Shown: one piece after another, positions 28,532-39,503 of the stretch | Layout of the letters: every line of letters starts with the position of its first letter | Numbering within the stretch: position 1 is the stretch's first letter | NCBI GenBank assembly: GCA_965197585.1 | Contig: OZ240215.1 | Location: 1,984,001 to 2,048,000 of the forward strand | Direction: 5' to 3' | DNA from: Dehalococcoidia bacterium | Lineage (GTDB): Bacteria > Chloroflexota > Dehalococcoidia > Plut-88900 | Length of the DNA stretch: 64,000 nt | Position numbers and translations under genes: made by a program | The notes under the pieces: model-generated | Told to the model about the DNA's origin: nothing | Database searches by the model: none | The model's input: the letters and a program-made list of their open reading frames with translations, nothing else

Positions 28532-28927
28532 CTACGCAAACGGCAGCTGTATTAATTCAAGGCTGGAAATGCCAGAGAAGTCTCTGTCATGAGAAGCCAA
28601 AGGACATTGCAGCAAAATTGCAGTTGCTGCTATCCAGGCGTCCGCTACATCTAAGCGGAGTCCGATAGACTCTCTTTCCATACGCACTTGAGCACAGATG
28701 TCCACCATTTCAAAGTTGGGCCAAACAATCTCATATTGCTCAATATGCTGCGATAGCTCGTTCTTGCGCCTTGCTCCCCAACCTTTCTTATAGGCCCCAA
28801 ACCAGAGTTCCTCTAACGTTTGGAAAGACAAAAATGTGCGTAGGCCACGAATCATCTGTAAGTAACGCAGGGCGCGGTAGTCCCCGCCAAAAATATACGA
28901 AACGATATTAGTATCCAGGATTATCAA
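28532..28927 (-). CDS. PIN-domain (VapC-like) ribonuclease toxin
   Basis: IILDTNIVS...EEL...ADAWIAATA..LASHDRDF acidic tetrad. Confidence 0.9.
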   Translation of the reverse strand: MIILDTNIVSYIFGGDYRALRYLQMIRGLRTFLSFQTLEELWFGAYKKGWGARRKNELSQHIEQYEIVWPNFEMVDICAQVRMERESIGLRLDVADAWIAATAILLQCPLASHDRDFSGISSLELIQLPFA

Positions 28928-29784
28928 TTGGGAGTTTCCTCTAAGCGCGTATCCCTTGCTTCGTGGATGATACCTATGAACTCGTCAGCATCGAAGGGTT
29001 CACTTGCTCTAACTACTTTTTCAGGATCGAATATCTTGGGATTGGGGTTATTTAGGAGCGTTTCCAAGCTAGTAGGGTCGCTCCAAGCTCGAGTAGCATT
29101 GAGTTGCTTAACCTGAACGGTGATCCATTCCCCCTTCGCGTTGAGTCGGCCCCGCCCGCGTACATCCACGAATCCATTTGCTAATTTCAGCATTTCTATG
29201 TCGAGATCACTATTGAAACGCAACTGAACAAATTTATCCCCATATTGATGGAGCTGTGCCGTCCCTTTATGCCAATTCACTTCCTTCAGCCAACCGTGCA
29301 CCAATGCTTTTTCTGTGTCTGAATTTCCAACCGGAGCACGACCTACGCTTTCTATCTTTACCTTACGAGGCTTTTCATCGCTGCCAATCCAGAGGCTAAC
29401 ATCATCAGGCAGCGCATGTGGTATTTCGTAAAGTCTTCCCATCACTTCCCCAGGCAGGGTGGAATCCTCGCTCCCATCCCAGTTTCTTAAGGCATCAAAC
29501 GCTTGTTGGCCAAAGTCCTCCAAATACCCCTGACGGTCAGGTGGATGTTCTAGGGTCAATTCGGCAACATAAGACCCAACATGAGTAGCATTCAGACGTA
29601 AGGTACTCTGTTCGCGAACCCACTTTGGCGGCTGTCCCGGACTCCGTTGACGTTCGCCTAGGTGTTCCACTATTAGGCGCATCGCATCTTGGACACCCTG
29701 CATTGCAATCATGAATTCATTCAGGGGCACACTACCATCGCTAACTCGACCACCATCCAATGTTACGAAAAGTTTGTCATTCAC
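28924..29784 (-). CDS. Hypothetical protein, putative large antitoxin or partner of the PIN gene
   Basis: 286-aa ORF overlapping the PIN start by 4 nt; AT-richer island. Confidence 0.65.
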   Translation of the reverse strand: MNDKLFVTLDGGRVSDGSVPLNEFMIAMQGVQDAMRLIVEHLGERQRSPGQPPKWVREQSTLRLNATHVGSYVAELTLEHPPDRQGYLEDFGQQAFDALRNWDGSEDSTLPGEVMGRLYEIPHALPDDVSLWIGSDEKPRKVKIESVGRAPVGNSDTEKALVHGWLKEVNWHKGTAQLHQYGDKFVQLRFNSDLDIEMLKLANGFVDVRGRGRLNAKGEWITVQVKQLNATRAWSDPTSLETLLNNPNPKIFDPEKVVRASEPFDADEFIGIIHEARDTRLEETPN

Positions 29785-29971
29785 CGTGACTCCCTTCCTG
29801 CACCCTAGGATACCGACATGGTGTTAAAGGAGCGCGTATTATATCCCGACCTAGTCTAGATTTCTCGATTTGGATTCTAACAACAATTGTAGCCCTACCA
29901 AGAAACGCGGAAGTTCTTTCAGTCCTTGCTAGTGAAGTCCGCAGAGGCAGCAATCCCCACTATCAGAGTCC

Positions 29972-31393
29972 CTAGTTCGCGTGCGCCATCTGCACCGGCG
30001 CAGGGCCGATCTTGTTGTAGCAATCCAGGGCGGCGACTTTGTAGCACTCGGCGAGGGTGGGGTAGTTGAAGACGGTGTTGACGAAGTAGTCGAGGGTGCC
30101 GCCGAAGGCCAGGACGGCCTGGCCTATGTGAATGAGCTCTGCGGCCTCGGCGCCGATGATGTGGATGCCCAGCAACTCCCGGGTGTCCCTGTGAAACAGC
30201 ATTTTGAGCATCCCCGTGTCGTCGCCGAGAATGTTGCCCCGCGCTATCTCCCGGTACCTGGCCAGGCCCACCTCGTAAGGGACACCGGCCTCGGTCAAAG
30301 CCTGCTCCGTGCCACCGACCATGGACAGTTCGGGCACGGAGTAGATGCCGAAGGGGTAGTGGTGGGGGGAGGAGTGGTACTCGATCCCGAAGGCGTGGCA
30401 GGCCGCGGCCCGGCCCTGCTCCATGGAGGTCGAGGCCAGGGAGGGGAATCCCACCACGTCGCCTACCGCGTAGATGTGGGATTGTGCAGTCTGGTAGTGA
30501 TCGCCGACGGGTATGCGGCCTCGGTTGTCGGAGGTCAGGCCGGCGGAGTCGAGATTCAGCACACCTGTTGCGCCCATCCGCCCAACTGAATACATGAGCA
30601 GGTCGGATGTGATTCTCTTTCCCGACTTTAGCGAGGCGACGGCCTTGCCGCCGATGGACTCCACGAGCTCCACTTCCTCGCCGAACCGGAAGATGCAGCC
30701 CATGTTGCGCATGTGGTAGACGAGGGCCTCGGTCAATTCCCTGTCTACGAAATCAAGGATGCCGGAACGTTTCTCCACAACGGTGACTTCCGAGCCGAGG
30801 GCGGCGAAGATCGAGGCGTACTCGATTCCGATTACCCCGGCCCCGACCACGGTCATCGTGCGCGGAATGGTGTCCAAGCTGAGGACTCCGTCGGAGTCGA
30901 CGATCGCCCGGCTGTCAACGTCGAACCCCGGCAGGGACGCGGGCGTCGTGCCGGTGGCTATCACGATCTTGTCGGCCTCGACTCGGACCGTGCCTTTTCG
31001 CCCGGTGACCGCCAGGACGTTGGGAGATTCGAAGGCGGCCTCGCCCTGCAGAACATCGACGCGATTGCGCCTCATCTGGTGGCGGATCACCTCGGTTTCC
31101 TGGACGATCACGTGGTTGCAGCGGAAGAGGAGGTCGTCCGCCATGGATATGTCTTCTTTGACCGTGAAGGAAGAGCCGTAGATGCCCCGCTGTCGGAAGC
31201 CGGTCAGGTATAGCACGGCCTCGCGAAAGGTCTTGGAGGGGATGGTACCGGTGTTGATGCATACACCGCCGACGACTTCTCTACGCTCGCAGATCCCGAT
31301 CTTTTTGCCCAGCTTGGCAGCCTGGATTGCGGCGCGTTGCCCGGCAGGCCCGGTACCGATCACGAACATGTCGTAGCGTCCGTTTTCGGCCAT
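29972..31393 (-). CDS. sthA: Soluble pyridine nucleotide transhydrogenase
   Basis: GGVCINTGTIPSKT (single Cys), FPSLASTSMEQGR, ELIHIGQAV, FNYPTLAECYKVAAL. Confidence 0.93.
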   Translation of the reverse strand: MAENGRYDMFVIGTGPAGQRAAIQAAKLGKKIGICERREVVGGVCINTGTIPSKTFREAVLYLTGFRQRGIYGSSFTVKEDISMADDLLFRCNHVIVQETEVIRHQMRRNRVDVLQGEAAFESPNVLAVTGRKGTVRVEADKIVIATGTTPASLPGFDVDSRAIVDSDGVLSLDTIPRTMTVVGAGVIGIEYASIFAALGSEVTVVEKRSGILDFVDRELTEALVYHMRNMGCIFRFGEEVELVESIGGKAVASLKSGKRITSDLLMYSVGRMGATGVLNLDSAGLTSDNRGRIPVGDHYQTAQSHIYAVGDVVGFPSLASTSMEQGRAAACHAFGIEYHSSPHHYPFGIYSVPELSMVGGTEQALTEAGVPYEVGLARYREIARGNILGDDTGMLKMLFHRDTRELLGIHIIGAEAAELIHIGQAVLAFGGTLDYFVNTVFNYPTLAECYKVAALDCYNKIGPAPVQMAHAN

Positions 31394-31473
31394 GTTGCTC
31401 CAGAAAGCACGTGGGGGAATTGCCTATAACGCTCTGGCAGTGTAGTTGCCGCCCGCGCATCATGTCAATTGAG

Positions 31474-32231
31474 TGTATTCGTTCGATAGATTAGTGACAC
31501 ACCGGCCTTTTCTTCAGTCCTCCAGAGGCGGATGTTCCATCTTCGATTGTGGGGTTTCGGTTTCCGTTCTGTCTGTTAGGTTTTGAGAAGGCGATGAAAG
31601 ACGCTTGCCGGATTAGGCTCCCTACATTTAGATAATGCGGGCTAAGAGGCGTCCCGGGAGCGTGGGACGGGACTCCGCCGCCGCCTAGACCTGGAAGTAT
31701 GGTCGGACGTACGGGTCCGTCATCCGTCATAGGCTCCAATGAGGTTTGGCTGCGCTGTCCGCCGTAGGCGGATGCAGTAAGGGGAAAGTCCAGGGTCAGT
31801 TCCCCTCGCAGGAGTACGGGATATCCAGTTAGCCGCCTGTATCCAGGAGCCGGGAGTGGCGGACAGTCCAGTTTATTTGAGGAAGCGGACGGAGAGCCGA
31901 GCGGTCCTCGGCTACGGGCTGCCCCGTTCCGCTCCATGGGTCGGGTTGCTCCGTGAGGAGACTTTTAAGTACGGTCCAGGGCGTCTTCCATCGCCTAGTG
32001 GTCAGGGAAGGGGGAAGGGTACACGGGACCCGGTGGGAAGAGGAGATGGCGACTTTTGCTTGTGCCGCGGGCCTGCGCGAGGGCCGTTGGGATGGGCCAG
32101 GACGTTGAGTCCTCGGGTGGGGCCGGGTGGGCTTCCTTAGTTTTTGGTACCTCCTTAAGGTGGTTGGGTGGTGTTCGAACGGTGAGGATAGTAGCACGAG
32201 TGTTCAGGTAGTGTCAATGGGTTCGTGTCAC
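31474..32231 (-). ncRNA. Repeated non-coding structured element, copy B
   Basis: Reverse complement matches 588-1386 at both ends; long-range helix 31981-31996/31589-31604; promoter TTGACA-18-TACTAT. Confidence 0.6.
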
Positions 32232-32348
32232 ACTTGGGTGGACACCGCCCCAGCCCCACAGGGGAACCCTCACCCCCTTGATCCCCCTCTCACGCCACAG
32301 GCGCATCTTCGACCCTTAGGGCCTTCAAGGGAGAGGGGGAGATAAGAA

Positions 32349-32389
32349 TAGAGGCCCACGTGCGTGCTTTGCACGCACGTGGGCCTCTA
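32349..32389. terminator. Perfect long hairpin, probable terminator of the lipoprotein gene
   Basis: TAGAGGCCCACGTGCGTGC-ttt-GCACGCACGTGGGCCTCTA. Confidence 0.6.
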
Positions 32390-32464
32390 ATTCAGTACTG
32401 GGGGGAGGGGGATGGATTCCCGATAGGGGTCAGGGATGACGGAGGGGGTGGGGGTGTTTATTGA

Positions 32465-33355
32465 CTAGTTGGAGAGAGGCAGAAGTTCGTCGGGGGGTTC
32501 TAGCTCATAGGGCTCGTTGTAACCGCTGTAGGTGATGGAGATGAAATCACGGGGCTCGCCGTCAGAACCCTGTTCGGCGACTATGACTTTCCTGGTTAGG
32601 AAGTCGGTGGCGTCCACGGTCCTGGTGACGCTGCCTGCCGACCCCGAAGCCAATCCTGTCCCGCCACCCTGTCCAGCGAATTCGGAAATCAAGACGTAGC
32701 CCCGTGAGCCGTCGGCCAGGAGTGCGATTCCGTCGAAAGAAGCGGTGGGGTCATTGGGTGCGATAAGGAAGCCGACCAACTGCAAGGCGGTGAGAAACTC
32801 GGTGTCGGGAGGATCGCCTTCGTACCACTGACCGGAATCAGGGTTGTGGAAATAGGTGTCGTTGCCTATAAAGACTCCATTGGTCGTGCTGGTTGCTCCC
32901 GCTATGTTCAAGACCATCTCGAACTGAAGGCGGCTGGCCCGGACTACGGTGCCGCTCAACGTCATGGAGAAGTCGGACCCGCCGGAGCCACCTACCGGGA
33001 ATAGAGACAGCAGATCTACTTCAGCGACGAATGAGACGCTTTCAATATCCTGCGCGGCAAGAATGCCACAAGACGTAACCACCGCGGCACTTTCGAGGGT
33101 GCCGTCCGGGGCACATTGAGCGGACAGGTACCCCGAGGTGTCGACGTCTGGGCCAGGGCCGGCTGTAGGGTCGGGCGTGGAGGTGGGGACTTCCGTGGGT
33201 ACTGGAACCGGGGTGGATGTCGGTTGGGAGGTGGGGGTAATGGAGGGAACGGCTGTCGGGGAGGGAGTTTTGGTTGGCTCCGGGTCGCTGCTACAGGCTG
33301 CCAGGATGACCGCCGCCAGGAATAGTGTGGTGGTCAAAATGAATATTCTCTTCAA
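32465..33355 (-). CDS. Lipoprotein with Pro/Thr linker (possibly LppX/LprAFG-like fold)
   Basis: Signal peptide with lipobox LAAC, PT-rich linker, beta-rich C-terminal domain. Confidence 0.7.
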   Translation of the reverse strand: MKRIFILTTTLFLAAVILAACSSDPEPTKTPSPTAVPSITPTSQPTSTPVPVPTEVPTSTPDPTAGPGPDVDTSGYLSAQCAPDGTLESAAVVTSCGILAAQDIESVSFVAEVDLLSLFPVGGSGGSDFSMTLSGTVVRASRLQFEMVLNIAGATSTTNGVFIGNDTYFHNPDSGQWYEGDPPDTEFLTALQLVGFLIAPNDPTASFDGIALLADGSRGYVLISEFAGQGGGTGLASGSAGSVTRTVDATDFLTRKVIVAEQGSDGEPRDFISITYSGYNEPYELEPPDELLPLSN

Positions 33356-33450
33356 TTTAAACCCCTTCGATCACGTGGCCGACGATTTCAGAGTTAGTCG
33401 GCGTTCCCAAAATCGTACTGTTTTTTGGAATGGGGCTTTTAGGAGAAACG

Positions 33451-33762
33451 TCATGAAAATGACATATTCAGGGTACGTTCCAAATTGGAGAGATACTCAG
33501 CGAAGGCGCGTCGGCCGGCGGATGTAGCCTCGACCCATGTGCGAGGTTTGGCATCCACAAACTCCTTGGTTGTGGCTACGTATCCGGCTTCCTCCAACTT
33601 TCGCAAGTGGATTGTCAGGTTGCCGCCAGTCAGGCCCAGGCTCTTCTGGATGAGGCCGTAGGCGACCCGATCAGCCTGGGACCGGTGAGCCAGGAGGGTC
33701 ATGATGCGCAGGCGGGTCGACTGATGAATGATTTCGTCGAGGACGGCAGGCTCGGCACTCAT
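33451..33762 (-). CDS. Winged-helix transcriptional regulator (HTH_34/MarR-like)
   Basis: LDEIIHQSTRLRIM...LTGGNL..HLRKLEEAGYV...PRTW...T.AGR.AF..Y. Confidence 0.88.
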   Translation of the reverse strand: MSAEPAVLDEIIHQSTRLRIMTLLAHRSQADRVAYGLIQKSLGLTGGNLTIHLRKLEEAGYVATTKEFVDAKPRTWVEATSAGRRAFAEYLSNLERTLNMSFS

Positions 33763-34394
33763 GCGACGCTGGTCTTCCGAATCCAAGTCCAGGCTATGGC
33801 CACTACAGTGAGGATGAGTGCAGCCGACACGGCGTTAGAAAAATCACCTGCAAAATAGGAGGGAACGTAGTGAGCTGCGGCGATACCCACGCCCATGAGT
33901 GCAATTGCCTTGTGATGCATGATGCCAAAAAGAATGTAACCGAGCGCTACAATACCTACGGCTACACCGGATATGGCAAGCCCATTGGACTCAATAGTCC
34001 ACAAGCCGGACGCCGCCGGGATGATGAACGCAGCCGTGACAACGGTCATCCAGAAGAAGAAGACTCGGAGCCCGGCGCGGGTGGCAGTAGGACCGTCGGA
34101 GTTCGCGTGCCCGGCTCGGTGCCCCAATATGGAGCTGCCGATCATGCCAATAGTCCCTAACACGCCCCACAAGGGGCCGGGAAACCATGGATTGTCGTCT
34201 GCAAATGTCGAGAAAGCCGTCTCTACTACGAATTGAGTCAGGTAACCCACCGAAACTATGACTCCCCACAGCAACAAGATGGACGGCCAACCCGCCACAT
34301 ACATAAGGCTGCGGGACCTGTCCAAGGTTGCGTGAATGGACTCCCATGCGTCCTCTGAAGTAATGCGTTGTTCTTCACGATCCTGGTTCTTCAT
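33759..34394 (-). CDS. Integral membrane protein co-transcribed with the wHTH regulator
   Basis: About 6 TM segments; ATG at 34394 after GGGAGG; 4-nt overlap with the regulator. Confidence 0.75.
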   Translation of the reverse strand: MKNQDREEQRITSEDAWESIHATLDRSRSLMYVAGWPSILLLWGVIVSVGYLTQFVVETAFSTFADDNPWFPGPLWGVLGTIGMIGSSILGHRAGHANSDGPTATRAGLRVFFFWMTVVTAAFIIPAASGLWTIESNGLAISGVAVGIVALGYILFGIMHHKAIALMGVGIAAAHYVPSYFAGDFSNAVSAALILTVVAIAWTWIRKTSVA

Positions 34395-34440
34395 GTTATG
34401 CCTCCCGGTTGTCTTAACTCTATGCATCTTTGCGCAAACT

Positions 34441-34457
34441 AGTTTGTACCACAAACT
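34441..34457. promoter_or_regulatory. Palindromic operator candidate
   Basis: AGTTTGT-ACC-ACAAACT upstream of the membrane protein/wHTH operon. Confidence 0.45.
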
Positions 34458-34851
34458 TACTTCTGTCAAGAGGAGCGGGGGTGAGCTGAGGTCCACGTGG
34501 GGGATAGCTAAGGATTAGGCCAGGATGCCGACGGCAGATGAGGGGGTGGGGTTAGGTGAAGGGGGATTCGGACTGTATGCCGACAGCTGAACTCCGCAGC
34601 TTCCGCGTTCTGCCGGATTCTCAGCGGTGGCCAGTAAGTACAAACATCAGGTTCCAGAACACACCTTTATTGCGGGAGCATCATATACAACGATGGCCTC
34701 AGAAAAGCTCCGGGTTGAAGACCATCGGCCACCGGAGGGGTGAATCCCACGCCATACAAGGTCGACTCGAGGAGCGCGATCGCATGATGTGCAGCTATAT
34801 GGGTCTAGGGCGGTACGTCGAACACGCTGTGGGCGGGGGGCTATGCAAGGA

Positions 34852-34928
34852 TGGTGGGCGATACTGGACTCGAACCAGTGACCTCTGCGATGTCAACGCA
34901 GCGCTCTAACCAACTGAGCTAACCGCCC
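34852..34928 (-). tRNA. tRNA-Val(GAC)
   Basis: Reverse complement GGGCGGTTAGCTCAGTTGGTTAGAGCGCTGCGTTGACATCGCAG...GGTTCGAGTCC...CCCACCA. Confidence 0.97.
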
Positions 34929-35007
34929 CGGGGTTCCGAGTCTAGCAAACGGGATTTTGTGAGTCAACAAAGGCTCGGGCGGCAGGGGTCAAGGGCCTCA
35001 ATCTGCC

Positions 35008-35091
35008 TTGCAATAAGTCGGCTCCCTCTGATATAATCAGCCCAACTTAAGGCCAGTTCGTGGAAGAAGTGGGGAGCACCCCACTTTTTTT
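35008..35091 (+). promoter_or_regulatory. nusA promoter and leader terminator/attenuator
   Basis: TTGCAA-18-TATAAT (extended -10), then AAGTGGGG-agca-CCCCACTT followed by a T run before nusA. Confidence 0.65.
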
Positions 35092-35131
35092 AATACGGCC
35101 CAAAAGTCCGGATTGGAGGGTATAGGCCGGT

Positions 35132-36826
35132 ATGAAAAGCGATTTCCTAATCGCGGTGACTCAGCTTGCCTCTGAGAGAAATTTGCCGCGCGAAGTGGTT
35201 ATTTCCGCTATCGAAGCTGCCCTCGTCTCCGTCTACAAGAGAGAGGGCGAGACCGCAGGCCAGAACCTGTCGGTCAAGATCCTCCCCACCACCGGCGAGG
35301 TGAAAGTCGCCGCGCTGAAGACGGTCGTCGAAGAGGTGACCGATACAGACCTGGAAATTACTTCCAAAGAGGCGAACAAATACAAGAAGGGCGCGGCCAT
35401 CGGCGAGATCATCGAGATTGAGTCGACGGGCCAATTCGCCGGCAGGATCGCTGCCCAGACGGCCAAGCAGGTCGTCATGCAGCGCCTGCGGGAAGCCGAG
35501 CGTGAACTGGTCTACCAGGAGTTCTCCGACAAGGAGGGCGAGATAGCCAGCGCTATCGTCCAGCGCCTCGAGCCCCGACAGGTGATCGTCGACATCGACA
35601 AGACGGAAGCTGTAATGCCGGCGCCCGAGATTCCTCCCAACGAGCGGTGCCGACCGGGACAGAGAATGAAGGTCCTGGTACTGGAAGTAAGCCGCAGCGT
35701 GAAGGGCCCGCAGGTCATCGTATCCCGGACCCACAAAGACCTGGTCAAACGCCTATTTGAGCTGGAAGTGCCGGAAGTCTACAACGGCACGGTGGAGATA
35801 CGTTCCATCGCCCGGGAGGCGGGTTACCGGACCAAGGTAGCGGTCTCGGCGAGGCAGGAAGGCATAGACCCCGTCGGGTCGTGCGTAGGCCTGCGAGGCA
35901 TCCGAATACAGAATATAGTCAACGAACTCCACGGCGAAAAGATTGACGTAGTGCAGTGGGACAGGGACCCCTCCGCCTTCATTGCCAACTCCCTAAGCCC
36001 GGCCCAGGTGGCTCGGGTGGAGATCGAAGAAGAGGAAGAGTCCGCAGTGGTAGTCGTGGCAGATCGGCACCTGTCTCTGGCCATAGGCAAGGAAGGGCAG
36101 AACGCCCGGCTAGCCGCAAAGCTCACGGGGTGGCGCATTGACATCAAGGGTGTCAGCGACGCCGGTGAGAGCAAGATACGAGCGGCGGCCATCGCAGCCC
36201 TTACCCGGCCGGCGCCCACCGTTGAAGAGCCCACCCCCGAACCCGTGGCGCTTGAGGTTGAGACTCCCGAGCCGGAGGAATTGGCCGCAGTAGCTGCAGG
36301 GGTGCTCGAAGAAGCAGCAGCCGTAGTTGAAGAGGCCGCCGCTGCACTGGCCGAACCGGTTATTGAAGTGGAGCCCGCGGAACTGCTGGATATTGAAGAG
36401 GCCCTGGTGCCGGAAGAGCTGGCCCCGGTAGCCGAGTTGGCGCCCATCGCCGAACCCGAGCCGGTATTCGAAGAGGTGGCCGTGCCCGCCTTCCCCGAAC
36501 CCGCTCCCCAAGCCATTGAGGACATCTGGCCAAGCACCGAGCAAGAGATTTATCGCCCTGCTACCGAGCTCAGGTTCGCTGAGGACCTGGACATCTTCAT
36601 TCCAGGCCGTGGTGGCAACAAATCCAAGGGCAAGAAGCGCAAAGGTGCGAAGAGAGGAAGAGGTCCGGGCGGCGGGCCGTCCAGAGGCCCGGGCGGCGGG
36701 ATGTCCAGAGGCCCGGGTGGTGGAGGCGGGCCATCCAGAGGTCCGGGTGGTGGTGGAGGACCGTCCAGAGGTCCGGGGGGTGGCAGCTTCGCTCCATTCC
36801 CCAGCTCGCCAAGGACCCGTCGGTAG
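35132..36826 (+). CDS. nusA: Transcription termination factor NusA with a long low-complexity tail
   Basis: [55 protein letters not shown]. Confidence 0.97.
   Translation: MKSDFLIAVTQLASERNLPREVVISAIEAALVSVYKREGETAGQNLSVKILPTTGEVKVAALKTVVEEVTDTDLEITSKEANKYKKGAAIGEIIEIESTGQFAGRIAAQTAKQVVMQRLREAERELVYQEFSDKEGEIASAIVQRLEPRQVIVDIDKTEAVMPAPEIPPNERCRPGQRMKVLVLEVSRSVKGPQVIVSRTHKDLVKRLFELEVPEVYNGTVEIRSIAREAGYRTKVAVSARQEGIDPVGSCVGLRGIRIQNIVNELHGEKIDVVQWDRDPSAFIANSLSPAQVARVEIEEEEESAVVVVADRHLSLAIGKEGQNARLAAKLTGWRIDIKGVSDAGESKIRAAAIAALTRPAPTVEEPTPEPVALEVETPEPEELAAVAAGVLEEAAAVVEEAAAALAEPVIEVEPAELLDIEEALVPEELAPVAELAPIAEPEPVFEEVAVPAFPEPAPQAIEDIWPSTEQEIYRPATELRFAEDLDIFIPGRGGNKSKGKKRKGAKRGRGPGGGPSRGPGGGMSRGPGGGGGPSRGPGGGGGPSRGPGGGSFAPFPSSPRTRR
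36659..36787 (+). repeat. Coding tandem repeat (SRGPGGG[G]n) in the NusA tail
   Basis: About 5 copies of AGAGGYCCGGGYGGY units of 24-30 bp. Confidence 0.8.
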
Positions 36827-36877
36827 CCGGGTTGGAGGGGTCGGATTTTCCGACCCAGGCAGAAACGGTAAGTAAGG

Positions 36878-37195
36878 TTGGCTAAGAATATCGCTGTAAA
36901 ACAGAAACGTTTGACTCCGCAGCGCACCTGCGTCTCATGCCGCAGGGTGATGGACAAGCGTACATTGGTCAGGCTCGTACGCACGCCCGAGGGGAAAATC
37001 GAAATAGACGCTAGCGGCAAGATGTCGGGCAGGGGAGCATACTTGTGTTCCGACTACCAATGCTGGCACGGCGCAGTCGGCTCCCAGCGTCTGGCACGCG
37101 CCCTAAAGTGCAGCATCCCCCCAGACTCCTTGAGCGCCTTTAAGGATTACGCAGAGAAGCTAAATCCAGAGGTGTTGGCAACTTCAAAGAATTGA
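36878..37195 (+). CDS. ylxR: YlxR (RnpM, DUF448) RNA-binding protein
   Basis: PQRTCVSCR...LVRLVR...GRGAYLC; position in the nusA-infB operon. Confidence 0.92.
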   Translation: MAKNIAVKQKRLTPQRTCVSCRRVMDKRTLVRLVRTPEGKIEIDASGKMSGRGAYLCSDYQCWHGAVGSQRLARALKCSIPPDSLSAFKDYAEKLNPEVLATSKN

Positions 37196-37239
37196 AATAG
37201 CAGGTCCGGGCCTAGAACCCGGAGCATCCGAGCAATATA

Positions 37240-39069
37240 TTGGTTTCAAGACAGTCCAATCCCCCAAGAAGCAGGACGGTCCGACAAGGTGTTAACGTCG
37301 AGACCCGGCCGGTGTCTGGGCCTCCCCTGGAGATCCCGAGCGCCATAGCGGTCCAGTCCTTATCCGAACTCATGCGGGCCAGCGGCATCGAGGTCATCAA
37401 GCAGTTGATGCGCCGCGGGGTAATGGCGAATATCACCCAGGTGATCGACTACGAGACCGCCTCTATCATCGCCACAGACTTTGGTTTCTCTCCACAACTA
37501 GAGGAGAGAAAGGGCACGAGTGTCAGGGATACCAGCGACGCGGAAGCAGCGGACGAAGATGAAAATCTCGTGCCGCGGGCCCCGATAGTCACCATCCTGG
37601 GCCACGTAGACCACGGAAAGACTTCGCTGCTGGACGTTATCAGAAACACCTCCGTTACCACTTCCGAAAAGGGAGGCATAACCCAGCACATCGGCGCCTA
37701 CCAGGTGAGCGTGGACGGTCAGCCCGTCACCTTCCTGGACACGCCGGGCCACCAGGCCTTTACGGCCATGAGGGCCCGCGGGGCCCAGGTAACGGACATA
37801 GCTATCCTAGTTGTTGCCGCGGACGACGGCGTAATGCCGCAAACCCGAGAGGCCATTGACCACGCCAAGGCGGCGAAGGTCCCGATCATCGTAGCCATAA
37901 ACAAGATGGACATGGCCGGGGCCAATCCGGACCGAATAAAACAGCAGCTTTCCGAACTAGGGCTTATCCCGGAGGAGTGGGGCGGGGACACGATAGTCGT
38001 GCCCTTATCGGCGAAAACCCAGGAGGGGATACCGGACCTGCTGGAAAACATCGTCCTGGTCGCCGAAGTAGGCGAGTTGAAGAGCAATCCGGATGGGATG
38101 GCCCGGGGCGTAGTGGTTGAGGCTAAGCTGGACTCGGCCAGAGGACCTATCGCCACCGTGTTAATCCAATCCGGCACCCTAAAGGCGGGAGATCGATTCT
38201 TCGCCGGTGAGACGAAGGGTAAAGTCCGCGCCCTGTTCGACCATCAGGGGCAGCGGCTCTGGGAGGCCGGCCCCGCATTCCCCGTCGAGGTGCTGGGGTT
38301 CGACAGCGTACCCAGGACGGGGGACATCTTGACCGGTGTGGAGGCGGGGCGGAAGTCTACCTCTGCTTCAGAGCGGCGTGAGCGTCAGATGGCAGTCCGG
38401 GACGAATGGCACGGTGACGCCGAGGCCCTCCAAGCCCAGGTCCGTGTCGGTTACAGCAAGGAGCTCAACGTAATCCTGAAGACTGACGTGGAGGGCAGCG
38501 GAGAGGCACTGCGAAGCGCCCTGGAAGATCTATCCACGGATGAGGTGGCGGTCAAGATCATTCGCACCAGCAGTGGAATAGTCACCGAGACAGACGTACT
38601 TCTAGCTTCCGCCTCTGACGCAGTGATCCTGGGATTCAACACCAAGGACGATGCCGGGGCCAGGCGATTGGCCGACCTTGAGGATGTGAACATCCGCCAC
38701 TATGACATCATCTACGGCATGCTGGACTTCGTTTCCGCCGCCGTATCCGGGATGCTGGAGCCGGTCTACAAGGAGACGGTAGAGGCAAGGGCGTTGGTCA
38801 AGGAAGTGTTCGAGGTGAAGGGCGGCAAGGCGGCAGGTATAGGCGTAGGCGAAGGCAGGTTGAGCCGCAACGCTCTGATCCGCGTCTTACGGAAGGGCAG
38901 CGTAGTCCACGAGGGCAGGATAAAGAGCTTGCGCCACTTCAAGGACAACGTCAGGGAGATCGCCTCGGGGTCCGAGGGAGGCCTCGGGTTGGACGGGTTC
39001 GACAGCTTCGAAGCCGGAGACGAATTGGTCGCCTTCCGCAAAGAGCTAGTTCCCCCCACAGCCAACTGA
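37240..39069 (+). CDS. infB: Translation initiation factor IF-2 (short N-terminus)
   Basis: [40 protein letters not shown]. Confidence 0.97.
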   Translation: MVSRQSNPPRSRTVRQGVNVETRPVSGPPLEIPSAIAVQSLSELMRASGIEVIKQLMRRGVMANITQVIDYETASIIATDFGFSPQLEERKGTSVRDTSDAEAADEDENLVPRAPIVTILGHVDHGKTSLLDVIRNTSVTTSEKGGITQHIGAYQVSVDGQPVTFLDTPGHQAFTAMRARGAQVTDIAILVVAADDGVMPQTREAIDHAKAAKVPIIVAINKMDMAGANPDRIKQQLSELGLIPEEWGGDTIVVPLSAKTQEGIPDLLENIVLVAEVGELKSNPDGMARGVVVEAKLDSARGPIATVLIQSGTLKAGDRFFAGETKGKVRALFDHQGQRLWEAGPAFPVEVLGFDSVPRTGDILTGVEAGRKSTSASERRERQMAVRDEWHGDAEALQAQVRVGYSKELNVILKTDVEGSGEALRSALEDLSTDEVAVKIIRTSSGIVTETDVLLASASDAVILGFNTKDDAGARRLADLEDVNIRHYDIIYGMLDFVSAAVSGMLEPVYKETVEARALVKEVFEVKGGKAAGIGVGEGRLSRNALIRVLRKGSVVHEGRIKSLRHFKDNVREIASGSEGGLGLDGFDSFEAGDELVAFRKELVPPTAN

Positions 39070-39128
39070 TCCTAACCCCATGTCCCCGTTCATCCCCGAC
39101 CATCCGGCGCGCCACGGGAGTCCCAACC

Positions 39129-39503
39129 ATGAGTAGGCGAACTCTGAGAATCAACGAGCTTCTGCGCGAGGAACTGAGCGTATTGCTCCAGAGGAACGTG
39201 CGGGACCCAAGGCTCAACCGAATGCTCTCCATAACCTCCGTGTCAGTGTCCAACGATCACAAGGCGGCTACGGTCCACGTGAGCGCCATGGGCACTGGCG
39301 AGGAGAAGTCGGAAGTTTTTCAAGGGCTTAAGGCCGCCGGCAGCTATCTACGCAAAAGCCTGGGGAACCGGCTCTCGCTCCGATACATACCCCGTCTCGA
39401 CTTCCAGATGGACGACTCTATCGAACGCGGGGCGAGGCTAAACAGCATCATAAACAACCTTGATCTCCCCGAAGAAGACCCGGAGGCGGCAAGCGAGATT
39501 TGA
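39129..39503 (+). CDS. rbfA: 30S ribosome-binding factor A
   Basis: RINELLREELS...DPRL...LRYIP.L.F..D.SIERGAR. Confidence 0.95.
   Translation: MSRRTLRINELLREELSVLLQRNVRDPRLNRMLSITSVSVSNDHKAATVHVSAMGTGEEKSEVFQGLKAAGSYLRKSLGNRLSLRYIPRLDFQMDDSIERGARLNSIINNLDLPEEDPEAASEI

Noticed and set aside
34500-34851. Integrative element at the tRNA-Val 3' end
   Set aside because: No integrase and no duplicated tRNA 3' end found in the window; ORF 34556-34909 overlaps the tRNA antisense
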